A stretch of DNA of 63,888 nt, filler included, from Octopus bimaculoides (taxonomy: Eukaryota), in NCBI RefSeq assembly GCF_001194135.2. It is 7 parts of 6 records of this genome, joined end to end, with 100 filler letters (N's around TTAATTAATTAA, not from the genome) between each part and the next. Parts side by side here need not be neighbours in the genome. Positions count along the whole stretch, not along the records: positions 1 to 17,319 come from NC_068985.1; positions 17,420 to 37,638 come from NC_068982.1; 5 more parts are not named here. One strand, given 5' to 3'. A program made the translations under genes and the position numbers. Under the pieces are notes generated by a model. That model had not been told where the DNA came from. It saw nothing but the letters and a program-made list of their open reading frames with translations, and ran no database searches. Below are positions 13,316-26,280 of this stretch, piece by piece; position 1 is the stretch's first letter, and each line of letters starts with the position of its first letter.

Positions 13316-13606
13316 ACTAATGAATGTAGTAAGCTAGCATGAAAGAGTGTAAGTGCAAGAATGACTATTTAGGTGAAAAAAAGTGCATTTGGGATGTTAG
13401 CTGAGTGTGTGGAATCAAAGTAGCAGAGAAGTGGTGTGAATATAAGCCAGAGACTGTGAAAGAGAATGAAGATTACATGATTTTATGTGAATTTCCCTTA
13501 AACACTGACCATACAACTAAAGTATGCAAAAACCAGATATGATTATAGGGTATAAAAGAATCAAAAAGTGTAAGATCATCAATTTTGTAATACATTGACT
13601 CCATAT

Positions 13607-14011
13607 GCGCAGGAGTGGCTGTGTGGTAAGTAGCTTGCTTACCAACCACATGGTTCCGGGTTCAGTCCCGGCACCTTGGGCAAGTGTCTTCTACTATAGC
13701 CTCGGGCCGACCAAAGCCTTGTGAGTTGATTTGGTAGACGCAAACTGAAAGAAGCCCATCATGTGTGTGTATGTATATATNNNNNNNNNNNNNNNNNNNN
13801 NNNNNNNNNNNNNNNNNNNNNNNNNNNNNNNNNNNNNNNNNNNNNNNNNNNNNNNNNNNNNNNNNNNNNNNNNNNNNNNNNNNNNNNNNNNNNNNNNNNN
13901 NNNNNNNNNNNNNNNNNNNNNNNNNNNNNNNNNNNNNNNNNNNNNNNNNNNNNNNNNNNNNNNNNNNNNNNNNNNNNNNNNNNNNNNNNNNNNNNNNNNN
14001 NNNNNNTATAC

Positions 14012-14043
<32 letters not shown>

Positions 14044-14230
14044 GTGTTTGTCCCCCCACCATCGCTTCACAACCAATGCTGGTGTGTTTACGTCCCCGTA
14101 ACTTAGCGGTTCGGCAAAAAGAGACCGATAGAATAAGTACTAGGCTTACAAAGAATAAGTCCTGGGGTCGATTTTCATGACTAAAGGCAGTGCTCCAGCA
14201 TGGCCGCAGTCAAATGACTGTAACAAGTAA
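13607..14230 (+). mobile_element. SINE family A, full length, internal microsatellite in a gap
   Basis: Head GCAGGAGTGGCTGTGTGG at 13609 and tail ...CAAGTAAAAA at about 14230. Confidence 0.85.
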
Positions 14231-15101
14231 AAAAAAAATATATTGACTGGTGCATATTTCATCAATCCAAAGTCAACCTAGGCAGGTTTCAAACTCAGAA
14301 TGCAAGGAGCTGGAAGAAATGCCACTAAGCATTTTGTCCAATATGCTAGCAATTTTGCCAGTTTGCCACTCTAATAGTAATACTAATAATAACTGTTCCT
14401 AAAATACGCACAAGACCTGAAATTCTAGCTGAAAAGGTTAGTTGATTAAATGAACCCAAGTAATTGACTGGTACTATATTTTATTAACCTTGGAAGGATA
14501 AAAGGCAAAGCTGAATTTAACAAGGTTCTAAGTTCAGAATCAGTAGTAGACCACGGAACAGAATGCCTTACATCCAGCTCCATCTGTAAAGATTCTGAGT
14601 TCAATCCTGTTGGAGATAGCTTTGTTTTTTATATATATTTTCAAGGTCCATAGAAAAAGTATTGGTAATAAAATAGAAAACCAGTTCAATCAACTGTATA
14701 TTTATAGCTTTCTGCCAATGTAAAAAATCATTATAATTAATTTTTGTTTTTAATTGGTCTACTTTGTGTGATGTTAATGTTCACTCTAAAATTCAACAAT
14801 GTTAAATGCCATTTGCATTTATATCTGAGAACAACAAAGTCAACTACATTATATTTTGTTTAATATTTGCTGCTGCTGATGTTGATGATGATGATGATGA
14901 TGATGATAGTAATGTGGTTTTTGCTAATGTTTACATTATTAGTTGTTGTTTTGTTCATTTATTTTCCTGTTTGTTGTTTATGAGAAAAATTCAATCTACA
15001 TCATTTTATTTAATTTTAGCGAAACTTTAATGAAACAAATATTAATATGCTTATATACTCGCTAATACACATACTTGCACACACACATGTGTGTATGACT
15101 C

Positions 15102-15142
<41 letters not shown>

Positions 15143-16342
15143 NNNNNNNNNNNNNNNNNNNNNNNNNNNNNNNNNNNNNNNNNNNNNNNNNNNNNNNNNN
15201 NNNNNNNNNNNNNNNNNNNNNNNNNNNNNNNNNNNNNNNNNNNNNNNNNNNNNNNNNNNNNNNNNNNNNNNNNNNNNNNNNNNNNNNNNNNNNNNNNNNN
15301 NNNNNNNNNNNNNNNNNNNNNNNNNNNNNNNNNNNNNNNNNNNNNNNNNNNNNNNNNNNNNNNNNNNNNNNNNNNNNNNNNNNNNNNNNNNNNNNNNNNN
15401 NNNNNNNNNNNNNNNNNNNNNNNNNNNNNNNNNNNNNNNNNNNNNNNNNNNNNNNNNNNNNNNNNNNNNNNNNNNNNNNNNNNNNNNNNNNNNNNNNNNN
15501 NNNNNNNNNNNNNNNNNNNNNNNNNNNNNNNNNNNNNNNNNNNNNNNNNNNNNNNNNNNNNNNNNNNNNNNNNNNNNNNNNNNNNNNNNNNNNNNNNNNN
15601 NNNNNNNNNNNNNNNNNNNNNNNNNNNNNNNNNNNNNNNNNNNNNNNNNNNNNNNNNNNNNNNNNNNNNNNNNNNNNNNNNNNNNNNNNNNNNNNNNNNN
15701 NNNNNNNNNNNNNNNNNNNNNNNNNNNNNNNNNNNNNNNNATATATATATATATATATACACTAGTTTAAAAGTTGCATTCTGTGTGTACTACTAAGCAA
15801 GCTCCTGCAGAGGGCTAATTGGGTCTGCAACCCAAAACTAAAGAGAAGTAAATAGCATGACTATAATACATTTATAATGACTATATGCCCTAGTAGTGTT
15901 TAATCAGAGGTTAAAGACAGAAGAGAATTAATTCTGTAATGCGATCATTCTATTGTTCCAGTCCCAAGTTGAATTCCAACTGTTATCCAGTTTGTCCCAA
16001 AGTTCTTACCTTGATGTAAAATTAATGAAGTGAATGTCTCCCCCTTGATTTCTGATGCCATCTGACAAACACCAACTCAGATGGCATGAATCAGCCAAGC
16101 TTTACCTGCTAGAAACAGTATCCCAAATGCTTTTAAATCAGATCCCAGTGCTGGATGTTCAAGAACCAAATGAAAGGCAGATTTTCAGTCCTGGGATCGT
16201 CCTGATTCCAAAAAGGTATAATATGTCTTTGTAGAGCAAATGTAGACTGAGATATAGGGGTCCCAGATGGATAGATAGAATTTTGTTTTTATTCATATAT
16301 ATATATATATATACATACATATATGTATATATACATATATAT

Positions 16343-16394
<52 letters not shown>

Positions 16395-18610
16395 ACAGAT
16401 AGATAGATAGATAGATAATGAACCTTGAACTTCATACATTGCTATGCATTTCTCTACATCAAATTCTCTCTACATCTCGACATAAAATTCTTCTGCTTAT
16501 TCTCTTACTTATATGCTTTATATTTCGTCTCCAATGACAGAATACCCAGTATATGGAATTGTAGATCAACACATCGATCCATTACCTGGGATATCCCAGA
16601 AACAGCTATAAGACACTATGGTTTTTATTTTTGCTTACTTCACTGCAGCATTAAACTAATTTAAATGAACTGATAATCTTGCCCTGCCTTGGTTTTGTTT
16701 TCCTTCTCTTTAAATTATACCTACTGGCTCAAAGGTAGGCTGCAGATCGCCAGTTCTTTTGCTACTGGACAATGGCTATCACAGCTCCAGCCACCTTTGT
16801 GAATTTGGATCCTAGTAGCTTATCAACTGGAGCACTCACACTGCTTACCTAATAGTTTAGGTTACCTGTGACCAAAACTCTTCTTCAACATCAATATTCC
16901 TCCCTATGAAATTTTGTATCCTTGCCGTAAGGCTTTATTTCCACACATGCCAGCTTAATTTCATTCATCCTTAGTTTAAAGACACCTGTTGTTATGTCCT
17001 GTTATTATTTTTATTGTATTTGTGTAACATTGTCCGTTTTTTTCCGCCCTTGTTTTTGGATACATTCGCTGCTTTCTTCCAAGGAATCTAATGCTCTTAG
17101 CTTAGTTTTTCCTTGGGGTTGGCCAGATTGGAGCAATCTCAAGTATGATCAGCCGAAATTGCAAAGATAACCTGGTACTTGACTGAGGAAAGAAAACTTC
17201 AAATGACCCATCCTTGTTTCCTTTGTATCGTCTATCTGGATGTTTTGTTGTCCCATTTTTGCATCACCTAACTGTCCAGATGTTTTGTGTTCTTGTCCCA
17301 TTTTGTATGGTATATATATNNNNNNNNNNNNNNNNNNNNNNNNNNNNNNNNNNNNNNNNNNNNTTAATTAATTAANNNNNNNNNNNNNNNNNNNNNNNNN
17401 NNNNNNNNNNNNNNNNNNNTATATATATATAAAGAAAATTCCCTTCAAATGGTTCCAGTACAGTTTCAACAAAAAGATTTGGAAGAATTAGATGAAATTT
17501 CTCCGGTAACTTTTCATGTAAATAAATATTTATGTTAATTTTAAAATTTGTCAGCAAAATCTTATAAAATGACAATATTCTGAAAGATGTACATGTTTAC
17601 ATATGAAACGTAATGGAATAAACATCCATTCTCTCTCATAACTTCTCTTATCTGTTCAATTTTTACATACATAACGACAGATAGATATAGATTAACTATT
17701 TTGTATACCATTATAATATTACTTCCACATAGATGTAGTGTGCTTTAAATACACATAAAAACGTCACTCGGAGTGCCACCCACCACCTTGCTGCCCTCCA
17801 CTCGAGTTACGCAACAGCTCAAGTACGTCATGGTTTTAAAGTTGGCAGTTTTAAGTTTATTCGTTTTCTCTCTTCTTCCATCTAAGGAAAGAGTTCATCA
17901 AAGACTGTGATATTTTTTATCTTCATCTTCGTGCTTTCATCTCTTCTAGAGTATCATTTCATTTCCTTTCTCTGATGTAATGTGCGTAGATCCCTATTAA
18001 GTTTACGTCATTCGTGTAAGAGATATTTTGAAGAGGTATCTATTAAATTATAGTTCAGCTATTACCGGAAAATGTAGATTTTCGAATTGCAGAAATATTT
18101 TAGTAGAACATGTACACTAGAAGCAAAAGGGTAACCTGGAATATCCACATTTCAAGAAATTAAATGAATATTAGAAATTCGCAGCTGAAACTTGATATCT
18201 CATCAAGTTAATATTTTCGATATTTGCTGTTCTTTTATCATCTTACTTGTTTCAGTCATTGGACTGTGGTCGTGCTGGGGCACTGAGGAGTTTAATCAAT
18301 CAAATGAATGCCATATATTAAAAAAAATTTAGTCTATCAAATAATTACCATACTTCAGCGTTTTTCAAACTTTTTTGTCGCAACCCATTGAAGGGTTTGA
18401 AAATGAGAATATCTGAAATAAAATTGACTGCTCTCACAAGCGAGAATACTAAAAATGAACCCGATCGCTCTAAAAAATAATCCAAATATATATATATATA
18501 TATATANNNNNNNNNNNNNNNNNNNNNNNNNNNNNNNNNNNNNNNNNNNNNNNNNNNNNNNNNNNNNNNNNNNNNNNNNNNNNNNNNNNNNNNNNNNNNN
18601 NNNNNNNNNN

Positions 18611-18646
<36 letters not shown>

Positions 18647-19207
18647 GCGGTGAAGGGAGAGGGGGTGAAATACTAATACAGTGAAGGAAAAGTAGTGAGA
18701 GTAATAGCCGTGACGGAGGAAGTGAGAGAGAGTAATGACAATGAGAAAGACGAAATGAAGTGGCAAGGAGAGCGTCGTATGAATGAGAAAGGAAGAGGTG
18801 ATAGATGAATAACGAAGGAAGGTGTGAAAAAGCCGATAAACAGCGTTTGAAGTGTGAGTAAATGTGTGTGTAAAAGAGAAGTATGTTTGCGCGCGCGTGT
18901 GTGCAGAATTGAAATGGGATTTTAATGTTCAATGCTGTTAATGTTCAACGTGAGTAAATGTATGTGTGCGCATGTATAAGAGAACTATGTGAAACTTTAC
19001 ATATACATGTAAAGTAAAAACAAAAAACGGAAAAATAATCCAGAATCCTTGTCAGGTACTATATAGATCCCAAAGTCTAGTCAGTTCATGCCAGTCACGA
19101 GGCCAAACATCCCTGAAAGTTTCATCCGAATCCATCCAGCGGTTCTTGAGATATCTTGTCCACAGACAAACAACTGAAAACAATATCTCCGCCTTCGCTA
19201 AGGCGGA

Positions 19208-19399
19208 GGTAATAATAACCCTTTCTACTATAGGCGCAAGGCTTGAAATTTGGTGGAGGGGGGTAATCGATTACGTCGACCCCCGAAAGGATGAAAGGCA
19301 AAGTTGACCTCGGTGGAATTTGAACTCTGTACGTAGCGACAGATGAAATAACGCTAAGCATTTCGTCAGCGTGCCGACGATTCAGCCATCTCACCGCCT

Positions 19400-19400
<1 letters not shown>
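19208..19400 (-). mobile_element. SINE family B-related copy
   Basis: Shares CGACCCCGAAAGGATGAAAGGCAAAG and GAATTTGAACTC with family B. Confidence 0.7.
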
Positions 19401-19434
<34 letters not shown>

Positions 19435-19629
19435 GTAGTAGTAGTAGTAGTAGTAAGCATCCGTCGGTCTCGAGAGGCCATAGATCTGCGCCCAAAGAAG
19501 TCGTGTCAGCTGCTGATAGTAGTGCAGCGCCTGCTGTGACCGAACAGGCCCACAGGGGAGTGGCAGTCGAGCATACAGCGACTGCATTTGAATGAGCTCT
19601 CTGCCGGTGCTGATGATTTTTACTTCCGT

Positions 19630-19890
19630 CGTGTGCGCTTTTCTTTGAAAGCGAATACCTGTTTTTTCTTCCACTCTCTTCATTCCCTTTCGCAGTAATT
19701 GTCTCCAGCATGGGTGATCATTTGCAATCTCCTTCCATCTCAAGAGACTTCATGTCCCTCTTGCAGACATCTTTGAAAAGAAGATGAGGCCAGCCAATTC
19801 CCCATACAAGAGGTCTTTTGGAATCCTTCTGTCTGACATGCGATGAGCATGATCGAACCGGCGCAAACGACGCTGCTGAGCAAGATGTGT
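19630..19890 (-). mobile_element. RTE-BovB-like LINE, C-terminal fragment
   Basis: QQRRLRRFDHAHRMSDRRIPKDLLYGELA matches the RTE motif LRW.GHV.RM.D.RIPK.LLYGEL. Confidence 0.8.
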
Positions 19891-20639
19891 ATGCTGGGTA
19901 TCTTGGCTCGGTTGAGGACTACTACTACTACTACTTAATAATAATAACAAAGACCAGGAAATAGAGGTAACTCTAATGTGGAGCCTATCATAGTAGGCGC
20001 ATTAGGTATGGTAAAAAAAAATATTCAGACAAATACATAACAAAAACACCAGGACTTACAAGTTTCCTACGTAAAGCACTTTCAATACAGTGAAAATAAG
20101 AGCATCACAGCGAACCACAGCACATACCCAAGACACACACAGCTACACTCGGTTGTGCTGTGAAAACACGTGATAGAAATAAGACTACTGAATAATAATA
20201 ATGTCAAATGTTTTGGTGAATGACTTTGGCCCACTCTATATGTGTGCGTGTATGTGTAAGAAATAAGTTTAAAATAATGGTCGTTACATACTTTCTTTTA
20301 TTGGAGCAAATTTGGCTTACAGCTGTTTCCAGTAGTCATTATAGGTTCATTTCTGATAAGTTTACTCAATTGGTCTATTGATCAATTAAGGAAATTTGAA
20401 CGGCCTAAGAAAATTAATGCTTCTTTCATAAGAGCCATTTCTGGTTAAAACCAGAAATGGCTCTACATCCAGAGCGTACGAAGGCTCCACGATGTAGAGT
20501 TACTTCAATTTTAATATATGGTCTCAGATCAAGTCACTTTGAGACTGTGAATGGAAACTGAAGCATGTACATCGTGGAACAGACATTCTAGCCATTTAAT
20601 CACGCGATCACTTGATCGACCGAGTTATAGGATGTTATA

Positions 20640-20830
20640 CATCGCTAGTTACAGTGTGCTTTGCATCGTTTTAATTTTCGAATGATGCCACCTCGCCGCA
20701 CAGCTGAGTGAACTGTAACAATGTGAAATGAAGCTTTTTGCTCAAGAACACAACTCGCTGCCCGGCTCGGGTATCGAACTCACAATCTAGCAATCGTGAG
20801 TTCAACACCATAACCACTACGTCATTGCTT
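20640..20830 (-). mobile_element. tRNA-derived SINE, family E; related copy at 21340-21500
   Basis: Minus-strand head GTAGTGGTTATGGTG...GAGTTCGATACCC followed by GTGTTCTTGAGCAA. Confidence 0.7.
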
Positions 20831-23800
20831 TCACAACCATTTAATAATACACAAAATCTGTTATACTTACTTTAATTTTATTACATGAGTTGCCAAAATT
20901 TTCGTCTCACAACTGCAACCTTGTGACTGGTTCATTTGCAGTAGAACTGTGTCAGAGACCAGGTCAAAGTTATGCGACGAAAATTTTGACATATCAAATA
21001 AATTCAGAGTGAATTTAACGGCTTCATCTTTACTCATTATTGTCTCGAGTCTCTGACAAAAACGGCCGGTTATCTGGTTTCCATGGCGTATAAGTGACCG
21101 AGATCAAGACATTCCCCTTGGACGGAACGCCGGTAATAAAGTCGCAGAAAAAAAAGTCACAGTAATAAAGTCACAATTTTGGCTTGGAACAAAAAGTCAC
21201 AACTTATGGGATCCGGACAAAACTCTGCTAGGACACTACCACCCCAGGACAAAATACCTCTAGAACAAAAACTCCTCGGACACCCCCCCCCCCCGGGCAA
21301 AACCCATGTGACTTTCTTTTACCTGGATTCGAGACGCCAGTCCTTTGCAGGGTTAAACTCACTTTTAGCTGAGTGAACTGAAACGACGTGAGACGAAGTG
21401 TTTTGCTCAAGAATACAACACATCGTCCGGTCCAGGAATCGAAACCATGATCTTGCGATCGTAAGTGCAACACCCTAACAACTAGGCCACGCACTTTCAC
21501 AATTTATGAGTTAAATGGTTTCTCTGCGAGGCAATTGTAATACTTTTATTCATTGGTTTTCCTAACTTTGAAGACAACATATCCAGTCTTTCAACATGGA
21601 TAAACGTTTAAGAGATTCAAAACATGGTTTACTGTTACTTCTTTTAACTACAGATTTTATGAAGTCATTGAAACTAATTTGACATAACTCTACTTCTGTA
21701 CTTTACAGAGACATCCATCTTGTCTTCGCGATATGACTGTTTTATCTTTTACTTGTTCAATCGGACAAATCGCCCCCAGTACTTACTTTTAAGGCTGCTA
21801 CTCATTATTGCGGTCGCTTTCTCTCACTAAGTTATGGAAACGTAAACCAACCAAAGCACCGTGTAGTGGGACCGAACCTGGAAGTGCTAGAATTAATAAT
21901 ATACTTCAGGCTCATATTCATACCTCGTTTTATTTCATTTATTTCTAATGTTCGTTTATTTAGTAACACAATATGTTTATATAGCTGAAATACCTACCGT
22001 TTTATTTTGCTTAATATAAAATAATTTCAATTGCAGCGTAGAAGGTGTTTATAAGCCATTTAAAAACGCACGAAAATCGTTAGATTCACTTCAACATTTA
22101 AATTTAATTTGTCATATTTTCGTCGCTTTGAAACCGCGACAAAATTCCGTGCTGCCTAAAATAATTTCATTTAATGAGAAAAAGCAGAATTTGTTTCTTC
22201 GAGTCATACGCAGTTAAAATAGGCCAATTTTCTTCGCTCAGAATGCTAACCAAAATACTAGCATAGGAAAATAGAATACATATAATTATAATATAATATT
22301 TTGAATTGTCAGGGCGTTTTATGGTGATCATATATATTACTGATTAGTGTTTCGAATAAACATTGTAATATGCAAATTGCACCAATGAATAACAACAGGC
22401 CATCATGACTTCTTACGAACAGTCATTTCCACACAACTGTCTCTGACTTATGTCAGAGTGAGTCGTTAATTTTCCGTGTGACAGTTGCAGATTCCAACTT
22501 TGTTGTATTCTCAAGATTAAAATTATCTTTAAGCTTGCCAGCATTCTATAAATGAATGTTGGGTTCAATGCTGCCTTAAGACATGATTACTCTTGGCAGT
22601 TGTCCAGGGACCTCATGAGCCTGGATGGCACAATTCTGATCTATGTATATTCTTTGGCTTCTTGTCAATAAACATGTATTATGGGACCAGTGCTCTGATT
22701 TGCCCTCGGGCAAATCAAATGGTGCTAAAACGGTCTTGGTTTGGGTTATCACTATCGACGAATTGCAGATGAAATTGTGTGCTATGTATTTTTTGTATGT
22801 ATAACAATTTATTACAATCGTTTATGGAACTTAACTTTAATATGCTGTATCACAGTCGTTTCAAGCATGTATAGTGTATTGCAGCAACTGTAAAGATATT
22901 TGTTGCGTGTGTGTGACAGATTGCTAATTGGTCAGTACGGCAGTCGCTGAAATTGGTGTAGTCGTAAGTGATGGAGATATCTGTGTAGAAAAGTAACTTG
23001 GCTCGCGTGTTGAAATGGTGATTAAACTAGGTCAAAATGCTTTCTTGTATCAGTAGCAAAATAGATGGCTAAGAGCGTGAATGAATTCTGAGTTTAAACA
23101 GGTTATTAAATGAGATATAGGTCACAAAAAGTTGAGTAGAACCTTCGAAACGGCTTTCTGTCTCCATCGTAGATAAAAAAGGAAAAAATGATTACAAGAT
23201 TGTTAGCAATAAGAACAAAGCAAAGCCAAAACCTAAACCAAGCAAACTGAAAGGTTAGTAGACGGATCGCGGCAAGATTTCCCGTTATAACATACCATAA
23301 TAATAATGGCATTACTCTTCTCCAAAATGCTCTCTCTCTCACATACTGCCCAAACACCATGCATTACATTGCTATCAGCTACAAGTAATGGCACAAGTGC
23401 TTTCTCAGATTAGGCCGCAGTAAGTGTTAATGGAAACGTTATGAGCGGAGCCATAAGTAAATAGGTGGAAGGTGTTATTAACCATTTTTCATTTGTTTGT
23501 GGTGTCCTCTATACAAAGGTCCCACGTTCGTAAAAAGGCTAAAGTAAAATAAGCTAAATCAGAGGAGTCGAAAAGCCGAAATATATGAACGTAATTCAAA
23601 TTCAAAGGAATGAATAAAACTACGTAAATATGTCAGTTAGCAAGCGATGTTTGTGAAAATATAGCTCTGTACTCACACAAACTATTTGGATTTCGTAAAC
23701 AAGACAATTAGAGAATGCTAGTCATCAAATGTGTGTGTGTGTGTGTGTTAAATTAAGGATGTTATTAACAGAAATAAAATGACTGACAAAGCGGATGAAA

Positions 23801-24510
23801 CTTTCGTCAAAATGCATCATTATTTCCGTTGATTTTACGTTTTACTTATCTATTTATTTCTATATTAAAAAAGAAAAAAATGCCGGAAACATATTTTAGC
23901 ATGGATGGTAATGGGTGGGACTAGTTAAATGACGGAATGGGTTGCGTATTCTAAAAAGTTTAAGATAAACAAATGTTATAAAAAAAAACATACAAAAGTA
24001 GTTTATCGCATGTAATGACGATCATAAGAGGGATGGGGATAAAGCTGACGGCATCGACGATAAGAACGATGACATCAACAACAATGAGGATGATGCTGAT
24101 GACGGTGATTGTAATAATGTTAAGAAGGGAAATAACTCCGATGCAGAAAAATCTCAAAATCTGTTTAATGCAGATGTTACAATATCATTGAAATAGGTTA
24201 ATGGAAATGCTATCATATATCAACCTGTTGCACTCAGAAAGTTTTTTTTTTTTTGCTTTTTAAGGTTTAGTCAGAGAAAAAAATAAAAGAAACATTGAAA
24301 GATGTTTGGTGATAATAAGGAAATGATAATGTCACGAAGGACAGAGTTTATAAGTTCATTGTTCATTATCAAAAGCTTGCTGAATCGTAATTTCAAAACA
24401 TGGGTGAAAAGAAAAAAGAAAGATGACAGAAAAAGAGTTTAAGAGATCAAAGGGTTAGCGATCTGGAGTTGTTTTGACATACAATTGTCCTCTGGTGAGG
24501 TAGTGAATTT

Positions 24511-24850
24511 CATCATCATCATCGTTTAACGTCCGCTTTCCATGCTAGCATGGGTTGGACGATTTGACTGAGGACTGGCGAACCAGATGGCTGCACCAGG
24601 CTCCAATCTGATTTGGCAGAGTTTCTACAGCTGGATGCCCTTCCTAACGCCAACCACTCAGAGAGTGTAGTGGGTGCTTTTATGTGCCACCGGCACGAAG
24701 GCCAGTCAGGCGGTACTGGCAACGGCCACGCTCAAAATGGTGTATATTACGTGCCACCTACACCGGAGCCAATCCAGCGGCACTGGCAACGATCTCGCTC
24801 GAATGTCTTTTCACGTGCCACCAGTACAAGTGCCAGGAAGGTGACACTGG
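24511..24850 (-). mobile_element. RTE LINE 3'-UTR copy with (GAT)n tail
   Basis: CATCATCGTTTAACGTCCGCTTTCCATGCTAGCATGGG..., the same terminus as the LINEs at 2313 and 33299. Other copies at 28342-28640 (-), 28985-29287 (+), 30213-30900 (-), 32040-32360 (+) and 36020-36290 (-). Confidence 0.85.
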
Positions 24851-25714
24851 TAAACTTTTTGGTGACCAAAATTAGCTCTCAGATTTTAGATTCTAAACCA
24901 GGTATCAGCAATTTCTTTTCTTTTTGTAAAGACTCACTTTTAATTTGTTTTCTTTTATATTTGCCCATGACCGGCATATCTTCTAATATATAAAATAGAG
25001 ATGTCTGTGTATTCGCTTTTCACGTGAAATCGACTTCACCAAATGCTTCCATACTTGTGATGCATGAATAATTTGACCTCGGATAAATGTTAGGCTCTTC
25101 ATTTGATTTTTTTTTTATTAAAAATAAATAATATTGCTTTATATTTATGATTCACTTCTTTAAAAAGGTTCCTCAATGTCAACTTCCGGTATCGACGTAA
25201 CAACGGCAAAAAGCTTCACTCTCTAATTTGACGTTTTTGTACCAAATGCTTACATACTTGTGATGCAATGTCAACTTCTGGTATTGACGTAGCANNNNNN
25301 NNNNNNNNNNNNNNNNNNNNNNNNNNNNNNNNNNNNNNNNNNNNNNNNNNNNNNNNNNNNNNNNNNNNNNNNNNNNNNNNNNNNNNNNNNNNNNNNNNNN
25401 NNNNNNNNNNNNNNNNNNNNNNNNNNNNNNNNNNNNNNNNNNNNNNNNNNNNNNNNNNNNNNNNNNNNNNNNNNNNNNNNNNNNNNNNNNNNNNNNNNNN
25501 NNNNNNNNNNNNNNNNNNNNNNNNNNNNNNNNNNNNNNNNNNNNNNNNNNNNNNNNNNNNNNNNNNNNNNNNNNNNNNNNNNNNNNNNNNNNNNNNNNNN
25601 NNNNNNGTGTGTCTTTGTAAATATGTTTGTATACATTTATGTATGTGTGTGTTTGTAAGAGACAGAATGTGAGTGAGTCAAGGGGTGTGTTGTCATATGC
25701 ATCCATCATTTTTG

Positions 25715-25752
<38 letters not shown>

Positions 25753-25755
25753 ATA

Positions 25756-25803
25756 TATACTAGCAGAGGCACCCGACGTTGCCCGGAAATGAAATTGTTG
25801 CTT
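25756..25803 (-). mobile_element. Helitron-type 3' end (hairpin + CTAG|T)
   Basis: Reverse complement of 26233-26280. Confidence 0.6.
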
Positions 25804-26232
25804 GGTACTTGGAAACTTTTACGAAAATTAAAATGGAGATTAAATGAAAAAAATGATTTACGTGAATATCCTCACAAGAGTAATTGAAATAAATGGCGAT
25901 TGTGGAACCCCCCACGCACGCACGCACACAGTATTACACATCAGATGAAATGGACGTGTATGTGTGTGCGACAGAGAGAGAGAGAGTGAGAGAGAGAGGT
26001 TTGTTGTTATGTATACGTACATGCATAAATATGCATACATCTTTGTGTGTGTGTGCGTGTGTATGAGAGAGAGAGAGAGAGAGTAAATACTACATACACA
26101 CCACTCTCTCACAAACACGCACACATACATCCAAAAATGATGGATGCATATGACAACACACCCCTTGACTCACTCACACTCTGTCTCTTACAAACACACA
26201 CATACATAAATGTATACAAACATATTTACAAT

Positions 26233-26280
26233 AAGCAACAATTTCATTCCCGGGCAACGCCGGGTGCCTCTGCTAGTATA
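26233..26280 (+). mobile_element. Helitron-type 3' end (CCCGG-GCAACG-CCGGG hairpin, then CTAG|T)
   Basis: A GC-rich hairpin lies about 8 nt upstream of CTAG followed by T, the canonical Helitron 3' terminus. Confidence 0.65.

Noticed and set aside
17364-17375. TTAATTAATTAA centred in 100-bp N runs (also at 37683, 44810, 53178, 58462, 61750)
   Set aside because: An assembly spacer with stops in all six frames that marks scaffold joins of unknown size. It is not biological.
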